A stretch of DNA of 62,289 bases, filler included, from Sluysia triapertura (Eukaryota): assembly GCA_046118255.1 (NCBI GenBank). It is 5 parts of 5 records of this genome, joined end to end, with 100 filler letters (N's around TTAATTAATTAA, not from the genome) between each part and the next. Parts side by side here need not be neighbours in the genome. Positions count along the whole stretch, not along the records: positions 34,623 to 48,831 come from JBJNIA010003448.1; positions 48,932 to 62,289 come from JBJNIA010044572.1; 3 more parts are not named here. The stretch is one strand, 5' to 3'. Below the pieces are notes generated by a model. The model did not search any database. It had not been told where the DNA came from and saw only the letters and a list, made by a program, of their open reading frames with translations. The position numbers and the translations under genes were made by a program. Shown piece after piece: positions 37,601 through 51,836 of this stretch. Position 1 is the stretch's first letter, and each line of letters begins with the position of its first letter.

Positions 37601-39650
37601 ACTAACTTTACACCATCTAGAAATATCCAAATATCCACAAATATTTACTTTAAACTTAAAAAACTGAAAAAGTATATTTACAGACAACTCCAATAAACAG
37701 AGCAGAAACCAGAAACTAATAGATAAATGTGAAGGAATCCATCATACTTAATTACGGATCAAACGTAAACAAAAACTAATTAACTATATAAATAAGTACA
37801 TTGTTTCTAATTCAAAATATTTTAAAACATGAATTATAACAATAAGTTATTTAAGTATTTTAAAGTATTAGTATTCTCTAATTAAAAATATTATCAGTAT
37901 GAAACTTAATTATTGAAATAATTAATAATTTTATGATAATTTTAAGAAATATCTCTTATAGTTTTGAAATCTATAATTGAAAAGAAATATGACTTGCAAG
38001 ATAATTTGCGATTAAAGTCTTTAATCAAGGCATTTTAGAATAAATACAAAGAATGTAGTATCATATTGAAATGTATGGAAAAGTATAGAAGGTGCATAAT
38101 AAAAGAAAAAAATAACATATGTAATTTTGAGAATGACTTAAATTGAATAATTTTACATGTTTTTATGTCAGTTATTGTAATAAAATTGTAATTTGAGTTT
38201 TGAGCCACCTTATAATTTTTGATGATTATTTTAGTTTTTGGGCTTTCCAATTATTGAATGATAATATATTTCTTAAGGAATTATATAAGGAATTATATAA
38301 TTATAAGGAATTATAATTTTAATTTAAAATATTTATCCTCCCTTGAAGTATTAATCTATTAACTTGCGCAATGCACAATATAAACCCGATAGTATATTTA
38401 AAGCCAAACAATATAAAACCAAATAATATAATACAATCTCGTAATAAAGTAAACGTAAATAATATAATGAACCAAAACTACGTAAGATACTATAGTAATA
38501 AAATATAAACCCAAACCATAACAAACCATTATAAAATAAACTCCATCATTATAATAAAGGTAAATAATTCCCCATTTAATAACATTCACTAACCATTTCC
38601 AATTTACTAACATTTAATCGAAAATTAAAAACACTGCACAAAAAACATACGAGCACTTAAGACCGCTTGATATAGTGCGGATGTATAGCTAATGTTCTAA
38701 AAAATTCCGCTGCGACCTATAATTTAAGAATAATCTGTCTACTTACACGTGCTGCATTTCTGCACAAATTTTCAGTTTGTTCATTATGGCCACTTTTGAA
38801 TATATTATATGGTTTCGGAATACTAATATGATTTAGATATTTATTTAGAGTTAAAATATACTTTGATGTTTTAAATATACTTAAAATTATCGTTATCATA
38901 TTAGAGTTAAATGTCATCTTCTCCAAAAATTCTTTATTATGATAAAAAAATTGAAATAAATTAAATTTAAAATAAATATATTTATTTAATCTATTTAACA
39001 ACAAAATTAATACACAGGGCATAAATTTATTGAATATTTTAAAATGGCATATAACATGAAAACTAAAAGCTGTAAAGTTATTTAGAACATTGAACAAGTT
39101 GTTTGCATTTAAGGATATGTACGCCTTCATCTGCTGTGAATTATTTTATTTCCAAAACGTTCATAAGATTACTGTATTCAATATTATTTCTATGTTCAAT
39201 CAGATTTTCATTAACTAATAGATTATTGTTATGTAACATTTCTATTCATTTCTATTTATGATATTTATTATATTATCATAAATATTTATTATAACTCTAA
39301 TATTTAATGATGATTTTTATTAAAATTATATATTTATCTACTATTTGAATTATTATTAAATCAATTGTTAAATTAGTGTATTTTTAAATAATAATTTTGG
39401 AGTTGTTTGGTTATTTGATATTAAATTCAATGTTACTTCTGGTACTTTAAAACTAATGATTAAATCTTGGGTCATTTTTATTCGAAAATACATTATGTGA
39501 TAGTTAAAAATTTGATTAAAATTTAATTTGTGTTTTAATATGACTATGAAAATTATAGATACTTTTGTATTAGAATTTTCAATTAAATGAATAAAGACAT
39601 CAAAGGTTTTATTTAAAATTTTGAAACATAAATAATTTAAACTTAATTTT

Positions 39651-40490
39651 TTATTCTCTCTGCGGCATGAGACAGTATCCATATTCTGTCACCTGAAAAC
39701 AAAATATGGTTATAGTTATTATTAATTAAATAAAATAAAGTTATTACTTTAATATCTTTAATTTCATCACCCTTAGGATTATTAACGTTGTTACAACAAA
39801 ATTTAACATAAAGAGTATTACTTCCAGTTTTATGATCATAGACATTATCAGACTCAATTTCGTAAATACAGTTTTTATCATCATTTATATTATTACAAGA
39901 ATATTTGATAGTGAATTTACGTCTGAAGTTGCAACTTCTACATTTCTTGGCGATATGATAATCAAATTTAATACTTAAATTATAACATTGATGATGTATG
40001 ACAAATTTTGTATCCAGAACATGGTACTTGTGAGCATTGATAAAGTGATTATTGTTTTTCTGTTTGCGATCATCGGGCGTTACTTTTTTTATTCGAAGGT
40101 TGTCCGATTCTTGGTTTATTCTTATTATTTCTTCACCGGTTTGAGTTGGTTCTTCATCTAATTTCAAGGCATGATTTTTATAAAGCTGAAAAATATCATT
40201 TGAAGCTTCTATATGCCGAGGTTTGAAATTATCAAAAGAACGATCATTTGTCGTCAGTGTATTTTGGTTATAACTATCTCCAAAATTTTTGATTAAACTT
40301 TCACTAAAAACATGAATGTCGGAGAAATATTCCGTAACTTTACGCTGCTTCAAGAATCTGTTTTGTATCGTCTGTAATATTTCTTTGTCACTTCTTAAAT
40401 CTCTCGCCTTTACTTGCGACTTCAATAGTCGAACTTCAATTTGAGCAGTGTGTTTCTGTAAAGATAGTGGTGGACGAGTAACATCTTGGA
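39651..40490 (-). CDS. Unidentified spliced gene, last two exons (long exon ending at 39748; exon 39692-39651)
   Basis: A 260-aa ORF is unusual at this AT content. A phase-0 55-bp GT-AG intron (39747-39693) gives ...DIK|VTEYGYCLMPQRE-stop. Cys-rich C-terminal half; 5' end uncertain. Confidence 0.55.
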
Positions 40491-43400
40491 TTATGGCAAG
40501 GAGCCATTTTCAATTTCGACTCCTTGATTTAGTACAAGTTGGGACAAAAATGATATATGACTAACTCCAGATTTGTTTGAATACTCTATAACAGAATCGA
40601 CGTCAAAATCGAAGCCAAAGAATTCAATATTTGGCTAATTATTATTGGAGATAGAATTTAATTAAGTTTAGAATTCAATTTGAAAAAGAAAAGTTTTCGA
40701 ATTTTTTGGAAAGATACACTCATATGATTTTTATTTGAAGAGAATTAATAATCGTTAATTTGTTATTTTTAAGGACAACTTTAATCACTTTATAAATTCA
40801 ACTTTAATTAAATAAAAGATTTCGTATCATATGATTTTTATACTACACAAATTCAATTTTTAAAATTATATAATAAATATTAATTGAAATTACAATTAAT
40901 ATCACAAATCTTGATAATTGATTATTTAAAAATACAAATTTCATAACGGAATAATCGAATTATAAATTTATATTAAAAATCTATAACATTTAAATTCATT
41001 ATCTTAAATCTTTTCAAAAATTTTGTTGGATACAACATATTCAACGTCTTGATATTATTGACGTCCCTTCAATATTATTTTGTTGTATGTTAATCAACGA
41101 CATTATTAAATATCTCTTGAATTTTATTATAATCAACTACACTTTCAATTTATTGTCATAGATCCTTTAATATCTTTTGATTTTATTGTGGGCAATTATA
41201 CTATCAATAATTAACTGTGTAATATTGTTTGATTAAGTGTTTAATTTGTGATTAATAAAGTTACTTAAGAAGTTATTTGTTATAAAATTAATCGTTGTAA
41301 GAAGTTATACAAAATTAATTGTATAAATTACCTCTAGCATTAATATCTTTTCTTAACGCTGAAAATCTATGAACTGGCCTTTTAGTGAATAAGTCAAGTA
41401 TCATAGAGAACTCACTTTAAAATATACAAAAAGATCAACAATAAAATAACAAATAAAAGAAAATAACATAATATAGTTGGCAAAAAAGTCTTCAAGTATA
41501 CTAACTAGTAGATAATCATTAACCTATTATAACTATAGAGAAAAATTGTCCCATACATTTTAACCTTAACCTCTATATAACTATTGCAAATTATCACACT
41601 ACACTATCTTTATAGAATCTCATTTTAAAACGACAATTCGTTTGATTTCGATTTTAACTGATTACTATTCCTTATTAAATTTTGAATTTATACTAACTCT
41701 ATTAAAGCTTACTTTAAATTGATAATCTTAATGATAATGATTTTAATTTTACTCTGAAATGATGTTAGAATTAATTTGAAAATTTGAAAACTAAAATAAT
41801 TTGAAAAATATAATAATAATTTGAACATATAATCGGTTCATAAACATAAAGTTTAAGTTTCGAATATCCCAGCTTTGTAAATTATAATAAAATGAGTAAA
41901 GATAGTTAAGCATAAAGCTTATATAAATTTTTAAATAAAGCTACAATTAGTATTACATTTCGATCATTAGCTTCAAATTTATTGCAGTATATATTGAAGC
42001 GTTATAATGAAGATTAAAATGTGGAATATTTTACTTTTATTTTTTACAATATTGTCGATAAACAGTTTATTGGCATTCGGCGATTCTCTACGATACTTAA
42101 TGATAATTCTTCCATTCTTAAATTCCTTAGACCATAGCTTAATAATTACAGGGAGACATTCATATTATTATTTTGAATATTTCTTTTTTTCCTGCATCAT
42201 TGATACATGTAAATTATAATATTAACATGAAATATATTACTAATATGTAATTTTCCACAAAAAAGCAACACTTCCAGTAGTAATTTTTTATCAAGATTAT
42301 TGTAAATACAAAAGTGCCTAGCTTAAAAAATCAAGCATAAACCACATCCTACATATTATATACAGAAATCAGTAACTGTATCGAAATGTCAATTTCATGT
42401 TAATATTAATCACATCTATAAAATAACGTTAGAACAATTGGCATAAAATAATGATTGACATTGACATGAAATATTTAAAATAAATATTACGTTTATTATT
42501 TTTAATAATAAGAATTATTATTATTATTATAATGATTTATCATTATTAACTAATTATCATCTTATTCAATCTTTATTAAATGATGGGTTTGCTGTTTGCT
42601 TGTTTGTCTGTAGAATATGATAGAAAATTTACATATTTCTAAATATATTTATCTAACCATTTTATCAGTCGTAAATAATATATCATAAATATTAAGTATA
42701 TAGTAGTTAAAATTTGTGAAATTATGAAATTAAATTCTTTTTGTTAATTTTAGATTTATTTAACTTTTTGTTTATAATTACATATTATTCTGATGCAAAT
42801 GTGTTTGTGAAAATTTTGCTTTAAATTACTATTAAATTAATGGCGACTTACGTTGATATAAATAATCAGAAAAGAAAATATTTGTTTGTATACATAAAAA
42901 TACATCTAAATCAAATTACATATATAATTTATTTTTAATTTTTATAATTTAAAAAATTAATGAAATAATACAGAATACACGAAACGAAGAATATAACTTA
43001 TCACATTGAATTAGCAAGTAAAGAAATGAAAAACCTATAATTGGTTTAAAATAAAAATGAATAACGAATTTAACAAACACAACTACTAAATATGGTACTT
43101 CATTATAATATTAATTTATTAATATATTGTTGGGATTGGCTATATTATCATTTGTAGAACTTTAACTATAAGTAACATAATAGAATTTAACTAAAGTGAA
43201 CTATTATTACTGAATGAAATTGAAGAATATATTGGCCATAGTGTTATATTATCGGAAAATATTATATAAAAAAATAACTTATTCAAACTGAATTAAGAAT
43301 TTTGGGAGTAAAATATCACAATAGAATAATAATTCCGATTGAAATATTTTGATTAATAATCTTAGTTAATAATATTACTTTTATTGACAGTTTCTAAAAG

Positions 43401-46087
43401 ATGATTTTGTTGCAAGAATTAATAATTAATAAAAACTAATACAAAATATAAATCAATCTAAAATATGAACTTATACTTTCACTCAATAAGCTTTAAAAAT
43501 ATTCTAATACGTTTAGAAAATAAACTAGAAAAGGCATCTTAAAAATACTTCAAATTATTCCAAATTATTTGTTAGTTCAAATGGCCGTACAGCAAAAAAA
43601 AGCAAAAAATTCATTTTAATATTTAAAGGGTTACATTTCAATAATTAAATTGAAATACTATGTTTAAAATAATGAAAATGAAAAATATGTATTTGACTTG
43701 TCTCGATTTTCCATATAATAATAATAATTATTATTATTATTGTTATAATTACATTGGGAAATTGAATGAATTTAATAAGTTTGTAGTTATTTTGATTCGG
43801 CTTAAAGCTATAGTTATAATGATAATTATAAGTATGTAGCGATGATGGCCAAATGAAGTGCATCCAATAAACATTTAGCATAATGCAGTTATTAATTCAC
43901 TTATTACATAACTAATTCGTTTTATGCAGATTAATAAAGTTATTCAAATTCTTAACTTTTTTTAATATTTAGCAGCACACTTTCAAGCCTCTACCGCGTA
44001 TTCAATTTTTTAATACCGTAGTTATAAAATTTATGCATTAAATTATTCATCCCTAATTAAACTTATCTCATTCAATGAAGTATTGTTATCATAAATATTC
44101 TTCACAGTAAATTAAAATCTTTTAGCAACACATGCTTTTTCGGAATATACTTTGATACTTTAATTTAACAGTAGATATATGTGCAATAGATCAACTTTAC
44201 AACAGATGATCATTGTGAAGCTGTAATTTTGAGTTTTCTAGTGTGAATACATGTTTTTGAGATTGACCTTAAGTTAGGATTTTGATTGGCTGAAATGAAT
44301 GTATGAATTTTAGGATTTAAATTGTTATGTATATTATAACTTAGAATATCATTTTCGCATCGTTTTCCGTGATCATGTTGTAGGTTATTTCGCATTAAAA
44401 TTAGTGGTAAATAATAATAACTTATTTGGCGACAAACGAAATATTTCGTACTAAGAAATTGGACGAAGTATAGTTAGAATTCATTGTGAATCAAAATTAA
44501 AATATAAATACAAAAGTGCATCTGATTAAAATGAATCACTAAGTCACTTTTTGTTATAAATAAATGAAAATGAAACACAAATAAGTTACTAAAACAATAA
44601 CAGTTTTTATTTTTTTTAAATTATTGCAAGTAATACATAGTTGTTTGTACATTGAAGAATGTTTAATTTTATTAATAAAGTTAAATTATAATATACTACT
44701 TACAAATTTTAGTAGAATATATTTTGATAAAAATTATAACTTATAGGAATAATAAATGAAACAAATTTTATTAATGCAAGACTTATAAAAATTAGATAAA
44801 CTATGTTTAAAAAATAATGTAAGCATAATTTCAAGCATTATAGATACACAACTATTACTATAATTGGCAACCCTCGAATGCGCTTACAGTTTAAGTAAAC
44901 ATGCATATTTCAAGAAATAATGAGAAGTTGTTTTCTAAGAATAGGAATAACATGTGCTCTTCGAAAGAGCAAGAAAGTATTATATTGCCGATAATGTCTC
45001 ACCTTCCTGTGCAATGGAGTGACACTTAAGATAAGGTTTGGTATAATTGCAATGAAATATTGAATTTATCTTGAGTTTAAAATCCCACATAAAGAAGCGA
45101 TATATTTCAACTCAAGTACGTAAAAGTTGCAGAAAACTTTTATGACTACGTATGATTACATAACTACGTATATTGACATTCTATTTTTTTAAACAGTACG
45201 GTGTACGATGTTTATTCTTAAAGTTTTAGTTTCATAAACTTCACTTCTGCTCTAATCAACATTTAGATTACTTTTTAGTGTCAAAATTAACACGAACGCT
45301 AGGCTAACAAAACAAATCACAAATTAAAAATGTTTTGAAAAATCAAACGTTTTAAAAAAGAAAGCTATAACATTCAGAAAAAGTTATAATTTCTTTTTTT
45401 AAAATTGAAAATACTGGAGCATTTTTCTGTACGATAGTTAAAGATATGATTAGATGGATAAAGCCGATCTTTAGATAACTAATACAATTTGTCTAATACA
45501 ATTTTACATATTTTAATGTTTAAATTAATTTTTAAGACATCAACAGCATACTTAAACATTAATAAAAATGAGTTTACTTCAAATTCGTATAAATTCAAAT
45601 TTTCGAATCTCTTATATTTTTCTTTTTTCGAAAATTTATTTTCAAGAGTTGATTTTGTGCCCATTTTAAATTTGTTACTAATTATGGAATATTCGAACTG
45701 AATTCTCACATGACAGTTTTAATTATATTATATTTATGTCATAGTAATTGTAGAGAAAATAACTGAAAACATTAAGATCAATTATAACCACCCTCACCAA
45801 AAAATTATTTCGTTACAATTGTTATTTTAATCATTGTTAAGAAAATTATAAATTGGTAAAGTTATAAATCAAAAACAAACATTTTAATTAGCCAAAAATA
45901 AAATAAAAATACCTCGGTAATTTTAAAAGAACATTTTTACAATGTTCTAAAATTAAAAGTAAACAAAGGAAAATAAAAATGAACGCAACGTATACAGTTT
46001 TGAATTCGCCAATGTAAACTAATATGAATGTACAGGTAAGCTATATTAAGGTCAAACAATTATTGTAGAATAGAAATAAATGTTTTA

Positions 46088-46412
46088 ATAATAATAATAA
46101 TAGCGCTCAAATCTACTGCAAAATAAGTACTCAAAAGCGATTAAAATAAATCATTCACGATAATATTTATGAAACAAATAAATTTGCCTTTTTCTTAAAT
46201 ATTTCATAATCTTCCAGTAATTTGACATTCCCTGGTAGCTGGTTGTACATTTTTGAAACATAAACGTATTATCACTTATTATCACTGTGGATTTCCAAAT
46301 TTTTTATTATTACTAAGAGATTTTCAGAACTTCCGTAATGTAAGCATTTGTAAATTATTGTCCTGATTTTTAATTATATTCTTGTTTTTATTGGCAATCA
46401 ATGTAATTCCTT
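46088..46412 (-). mobile_element. LINE 3' end, copy 3, with (ATT)n tail
   Basis: Homologous to the 11.7 kb and 19.0 kb copies. Confidence 0.65.
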
Positions 46413-48139
46413 AATATAAGATGTTAATGAGAAAATTAATCTTGCTGCATGATTAATTATTGTAATTTTTTCACTTATCTATATGAAATTGAGTATAATA
46501 TACAATTGTAGAGGCATTATTTTAATCATTATCTTAAAGTAAAAATTATTATTTTTTAATCATTATGTATTTATGTATAAATTAATTAGTACTAAATTTT
46601 TATTATTGTATTTCATTAATTTTGAAAAATAATCTTAGATTAAAATTGAGAATTATGTTACAGTTTAAACAAACATTAGTATTATTATTATCATTTTTAT
46701 TATTATTATTATCATTATTATTATTAAAATTTAATTACATCAAACCATATTTATAATATATACAATCTCTTTTTAGATTAAATCAATTCATGCAACAAAA
46801 TGTATTTAATTATTATGCATAACTATTGAATTGTTTAAACAAAAATAAAGACATGATTAATGCATTATTAAGATAACTACAAAGTGTAAATATTATGCAG
46901 GCATTATCAAGTATAAAATATTTTTTATGGTTTTATTAAGAATTGTGATTTTTCTTTATTCTGTAATTCTGTTTTCAAAGTTTAACTATGTAAGATTTAT
47001 CATCATTTATGTCTAAATTAGGACATTTTCATTTTCTAATTTTTCATGAACCTGTACTTTGTTCTTTATCAAAAGGTATTTAATGTTGAAATTTTGAATA
47101 ATATTTTACAAGTATATTAAAAATTTTAGTTTATATCTGAAAGAAAATTATATTTCATACTTTAAGAAGATATAATTTACAATTGGAGAAAACTACTTTT
47201 TATTCAGAACAAAAAACTAAATTTTTTGGAAGAAAGTTAAATTGTTTCACACTTTAAGATACATATTTTATATTGGAAAAATCAATTTGATATTTTTTCA
47301 GATGATCGTTAGTTTTTTGACTATTTTAAGTTGATTTTTAATTGTTTGCATAAAATGCACTTAATTTTTTAAATTATAATTTAGTAACGTTTACGTACAA
47401 TAAAAACTTTGTCTGATAAATTAAGATAATTAAATATTAATTATAAAATTAATATTATCAAATATTATTGTATTATTTTATCGAACCTTTAATATTTTTG
47501 TGACACTTAATTACCAAATTTAATTCCGTGTATAGGTACATTTGATTATTAAAGTTTTCTTAATCGAGTGCTGAATTTATCGTCGAATTTATTGGATGAA
47601 ATTAAATATTACATGAAGTATATGGATACCTGATATTTCTTAAACGAAATATTTTCCTCTTTTATAACATGAACTATTTAAATATTAATTTTAATGAAGG
47701 TCTACACGTTATAACGATTTATAAAACTAATGAATTGAAAACGTCTATTGAACAAATTATTAATTATTCCTTTAACTATAAATTTAAATATAACTTTGGC
47801 AAATAATAAACAAACGAATTTCTTTTTTCTCTTTTATCTTCAACTATTCACAAATGCATTGATATTTTTCGATAATATACAAAAATGAATTTAATTTTTA
47901 CCTTCAAACGACAACAAATATATACACAAAAATAAACATATTAAGTAACAAAAAAAACGATGACATTTATTTTATAAAATTCGTTTTTCTTTTTAATATT
48001 GATATAAAACTTTATGGATCATTAAATTGACATTGAAATATTAGTAAAATTTTGGTCTCTTTTAAACTCATACAATGAGTTACTTATGAAATTTAAACTA
48101 ACGATGTAGGTGTAACTTGGAATAGTTAGTAAATGATTA

Positions 48140-48818
48140 TTGCTGTGGTTTTCTTAATGCTAAACCTACGGCAAAAGTAAAACGAATTGATCAAGGTCCG
48201 GTTACAGTAAACGTCTTACGAACTAAGAGTTTTTATTATAATGTGTCAAATATGTTTGGAGGGTCCTAAACTTAAATAAATCATCAAAACTTACGTTATA
48301 CATACAAAACAACAGAGAGTAAAAGAGAACAAAAATATTTAGATTTTAAAATCAAAATCCTTTTTGGGATCTTTGATTTGTTTTCTAATTTAATTTGGCT
48401 AGAAAATTTTCCCTCAACATATCGGCGATCCTTACAATAATGATATTTAAATTTTATTTTAAGTGTATTTTAGGGTCTTGGTTTATAAAAAGTCAAAATC
48501 TCTTTAAAATAAAATAATTTACTCTTTCATGGAAATTTGATCAAAAGCTCCCGATACGAGTTGTAACTGGATTTTTAATGCACTGATTTCTAATACTCTG
48601 GTGCTGATTTATTATAAAAGGGTAATTGACTATTTAAAATAACTGAACACTTCAGAACTGCTGAGAATTGAAAATTAACAAAGATTTCAAGATGGCGGTA
48701 AATTGTAAGATGGCTGAAAATTTTAATATGACGATTTTCATTAAACTGATGCTAGTTTATATATTAGTGATCAGCCAATAAAATCGATGGAATGTTCTAG
48801 ATCATTCTAGAAGCTTCT
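48140..48818 (-). mobile_element. Dispersed repeat with HSE array and TATA box (copy 2)
   Basis: Reverse complement GCTTCTAGAATGATCTAGAACATTCCATCG...TATATAAACTAGCATCAGTTTAATG matches 31474-31552. A second homologous block is 48140-48220 versus 31828-31905. Confidence 0.65.
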
Positions 48819-48831
48819 ATTCTATTTAAAG

Positions 48832-48931
48832 NNNNNNNNNNNNNNNNNNNNNNNNNNNNNNNNNNNNNNNNNNNNTTAATTAATTAANNNNNNNNNNNNN
48901 NNNNNNNNNNNNNNNNNNNNNNNNNNNNNNN
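48832..48931. other. Artificial assembly linker
   Basis: 100 bp N/TTAATTAATTAA/N. Confidence 0.97.
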
Positions 48932-48994
48932 TAAAATAAATTTTATAAATTTAATAATATATTATAATTTCAACATAATAAGTGAAAATAACGA

Positions 48995-49031
48995 ACAAGC
49001 GCGATCGCACTCCTGGCACTCAAAGGGTTAA
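48995..49031. mobile_element. piggyBac-like terminus
   Basis: ...GGCACTCAAAGGG|TTAA. Confidence 0.55.
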
Positions 49032-49099
49032 AAGGTAAAGAGCGCATAAATTTTAAAGATTTAGCAGAAGTATTTTATTTGCGGCAAAAAATTTTTACA

Positions 49100-49101
<2 letters not shown>

Positions 49102-49147
<46 letters not shown>
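49102..49147. repeat. (AAT)n microsatellite
   Basis: Direct reading. Confidence 0.95.
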
Positions 49148-51356
49148 GTAGTAGTAACAATGAATCACTGTATAAGGAGACGTTTTTCATTGTAAAATAT
49201 GTATTCTAAAATTTTGGAGACTACGAAAAGTTTTCTCAGTTTACTGTTTGATGCACATAATATAATTCGAAGTTTATGTGGCATTTGTGAAGTAGTTAGT
49301 AATAGACATTTTATTTCTAATATTCAAGTTCGTCTGATATTCGTAAAAGATTGGTTAGAAACATTGAATTTCAAGTTATTTGGTATCTGTAAAGAATTAT
49401 TCATTAAACGTGAAACATTAAACTCGAATTAGCGTTATTAAAGTAACTTGACATTATTAAGTTTGGTTCTTTTTCAATTTATAAAACAGTATTATTTATC
49501 TCCATCTATACGCTGTAAAATTATTTGTTGTAATATTGCATTAATAAATAATTAGAGACTATTTTATTGGGAGATTAAGAAAGAAAATTCATATCCAGAT
49601 TTTAAATTTCATTTAGCACTTCTATCTGTTATATCAGAGACAAGTATAACTCTGAATTTCAAATAAAGGTGATTTTTAAATAAATTGAAACAGTATTAGG
49701 ACAGTTAAAAGTTAACGAATATTATCGAAGTTTTGAATAATTACAAAGCTAATAATTGCGAAATTTACCAAATAATAGTTCTATTTATAAATAAGTTGAC
49801 ATTGTGAGATTAAACTAAAATAATTACAAATAAAGTTTTACTATGAGTAAGGGTTATCATAAATTTGATAAACAGTTTTGCCATTTACCAATTATGACAC
49901 GTAAGATAGTTTTATCACATTATATTATAAATTTACTTTAGAATATAAAAAAATTAATTCCTTGTAATTTCATGCACTATTTTATGCACCAATCTGTAGT
50001 AAAATAAAATTCAACATAGAATATAAATTTAATTATAATTATAAAATCTAATTCAAGTCATTGACAATATAATTCTGGTTTTTGTGGTGTCTGGTTTATT
50101 ATGAAATTGTTTGTAATTTGATGATGATTAATTTGATACAGTGACGCTAAAATAAATTTAAATTGGTAAGTTTTTGAAATAAACAAAGCATTACGCTGGA
50201 TGCTTATAAAGTAACTAGAGTTTTATATTAGCTCTATAATATTACGGATTTATGACCATTGTTAAAGAGTTTTACAAACTATTATTATAATAAATGACAG
50301 AGTCACAAATTCAATCACAACGTTTACGAATATTTCAGATATATTCTTTTTTTTGATTTCATCGCCATTTTAATACATCTTCAGAGTCAGCAAGTTTTCC
50401 ATTAAAAGTCAAAATATGTATTAAAGTGATGATACATAATTTCAGTAGCTTTTGCAGTTGAAAATAGAAAGAACACGAAGTTGAGATCGTAATATCGTAT
50501 TTCAATAACAGTTTGTATTTCACAATCTGAATTGGTAAAAAGTGGACTCTGAAAACGACAATAATTTAATATTAAACTACGTTCTATTCGATTTCGTAAC
50601 ATAATTGTTAATTAATACAAAATCCTAAATGAAGTGTTGAATCAAAAGAAGTATCTAAAATTAAATGTGTCCCAAACAAATATAAATAACAGTGAATCAT
50701 TAATTTATTAGTTAAAAACATTTTAAAATTAAATTTTATTTGCAATAAAATTATATATACCATATATTAATCAAAAGTATTTTTTTCTGAATGTATATTT
50801 AAAATGAGTTTTTGGTAAGTAAACAGAACTTTTATTTATTTAATTTAGAATATATGTTTTGTTTACGTTGACAATGAAAAAAGAAGAGAAGTAATTCTTG
50901 ATTGTTATTCGGTTGTAGAAGTACATTTTTAGCCTGTATAAATATTGGCCTAGTTTATGATTCACGAAGTAATATGGAAGAAGCTTTTCAACTTTTTAGT
51001 CTAGCATGGATAAGTCTGATAATAATAATAATGTTTTTTTGATAAATGTCAGCCTAATTTCGTAAAAATTTCGTAAGAAAATCTGCTCCGTGAAATACAT
51101 CTTATGTGAAAATTAAAACGACACACTTATACATGTTAATATACATATTAATTCTTTTTGTTATGTTAATCTAGATATCTAGTGAACGCCTACAAACTAT
51201 TTAGATAAAGTACGGATTTCTCCATTGTAAAAAGTGACAATTTTAGGAACATTTTTAACAAAATAAAAAAATATTCTTGATTAATGTATTATTTATTTAT
51301 TTATTAATTTTAAAACGAATTGCATTTATAAATTATTGATTTGTCATTTTGTTTAG

Positions 51357-51836
51357 GTTAAAAAGAAGATTTCCAAAGTACCACACGGAAACGGTGTACT
51401 TGATGATGTGGAAGATATAGTAGATCAAGAAACTAGTGAAAGTATCAATGCAGATGAAGAAGAAATAGAAGTTGATGACTGTGAAATGGACAAAGAACAT
51501 GTTCATGAGAATAAAAATAATGTTATTATTTCTAATGTACCTTCAGTAACAACTGTACCACCACAACCACCACCGCAGCAACAAGCTCCTTCTCGTAGCT
51601 TCTTGTCTAAAATATTTCCATTTCGATCTTCATCATCATCTACTAATACCACCAATACAACCATAACCGTTAATAATACTGTTACAAGTGCCCAACCGTC
51701 AACCAGTATCCCTGACGATGCTACACCTTTACCAGATCAATATGAACCATCGCTACGATTTGAGGACCTCAAGAAAATTATCAAGCAGCATGGTGGACAT
51801 GCACTGGATTTTAAAGGAGAATCATACACATTCAAG
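51357..51836 (+). CDS. CERT1: Ceramide transfer protein, internal exon (middle region)
   Basis: AG/GT bounded, phase 0; ends HGGHALDFKGESYTFK (CERT DFKGEAITFK). Confidence 0.88.

Noticed and set aside
36000-47500. Numerous 60-140 aa Ile/Phe/Asn/Lys-rich ORFs (e.g. 37373, 38398, 38717, 42007, 43645, 45479)
   Set aside because: Their composition is what AT-rich non-coding DNA gives by chance; no motifs or splice support.
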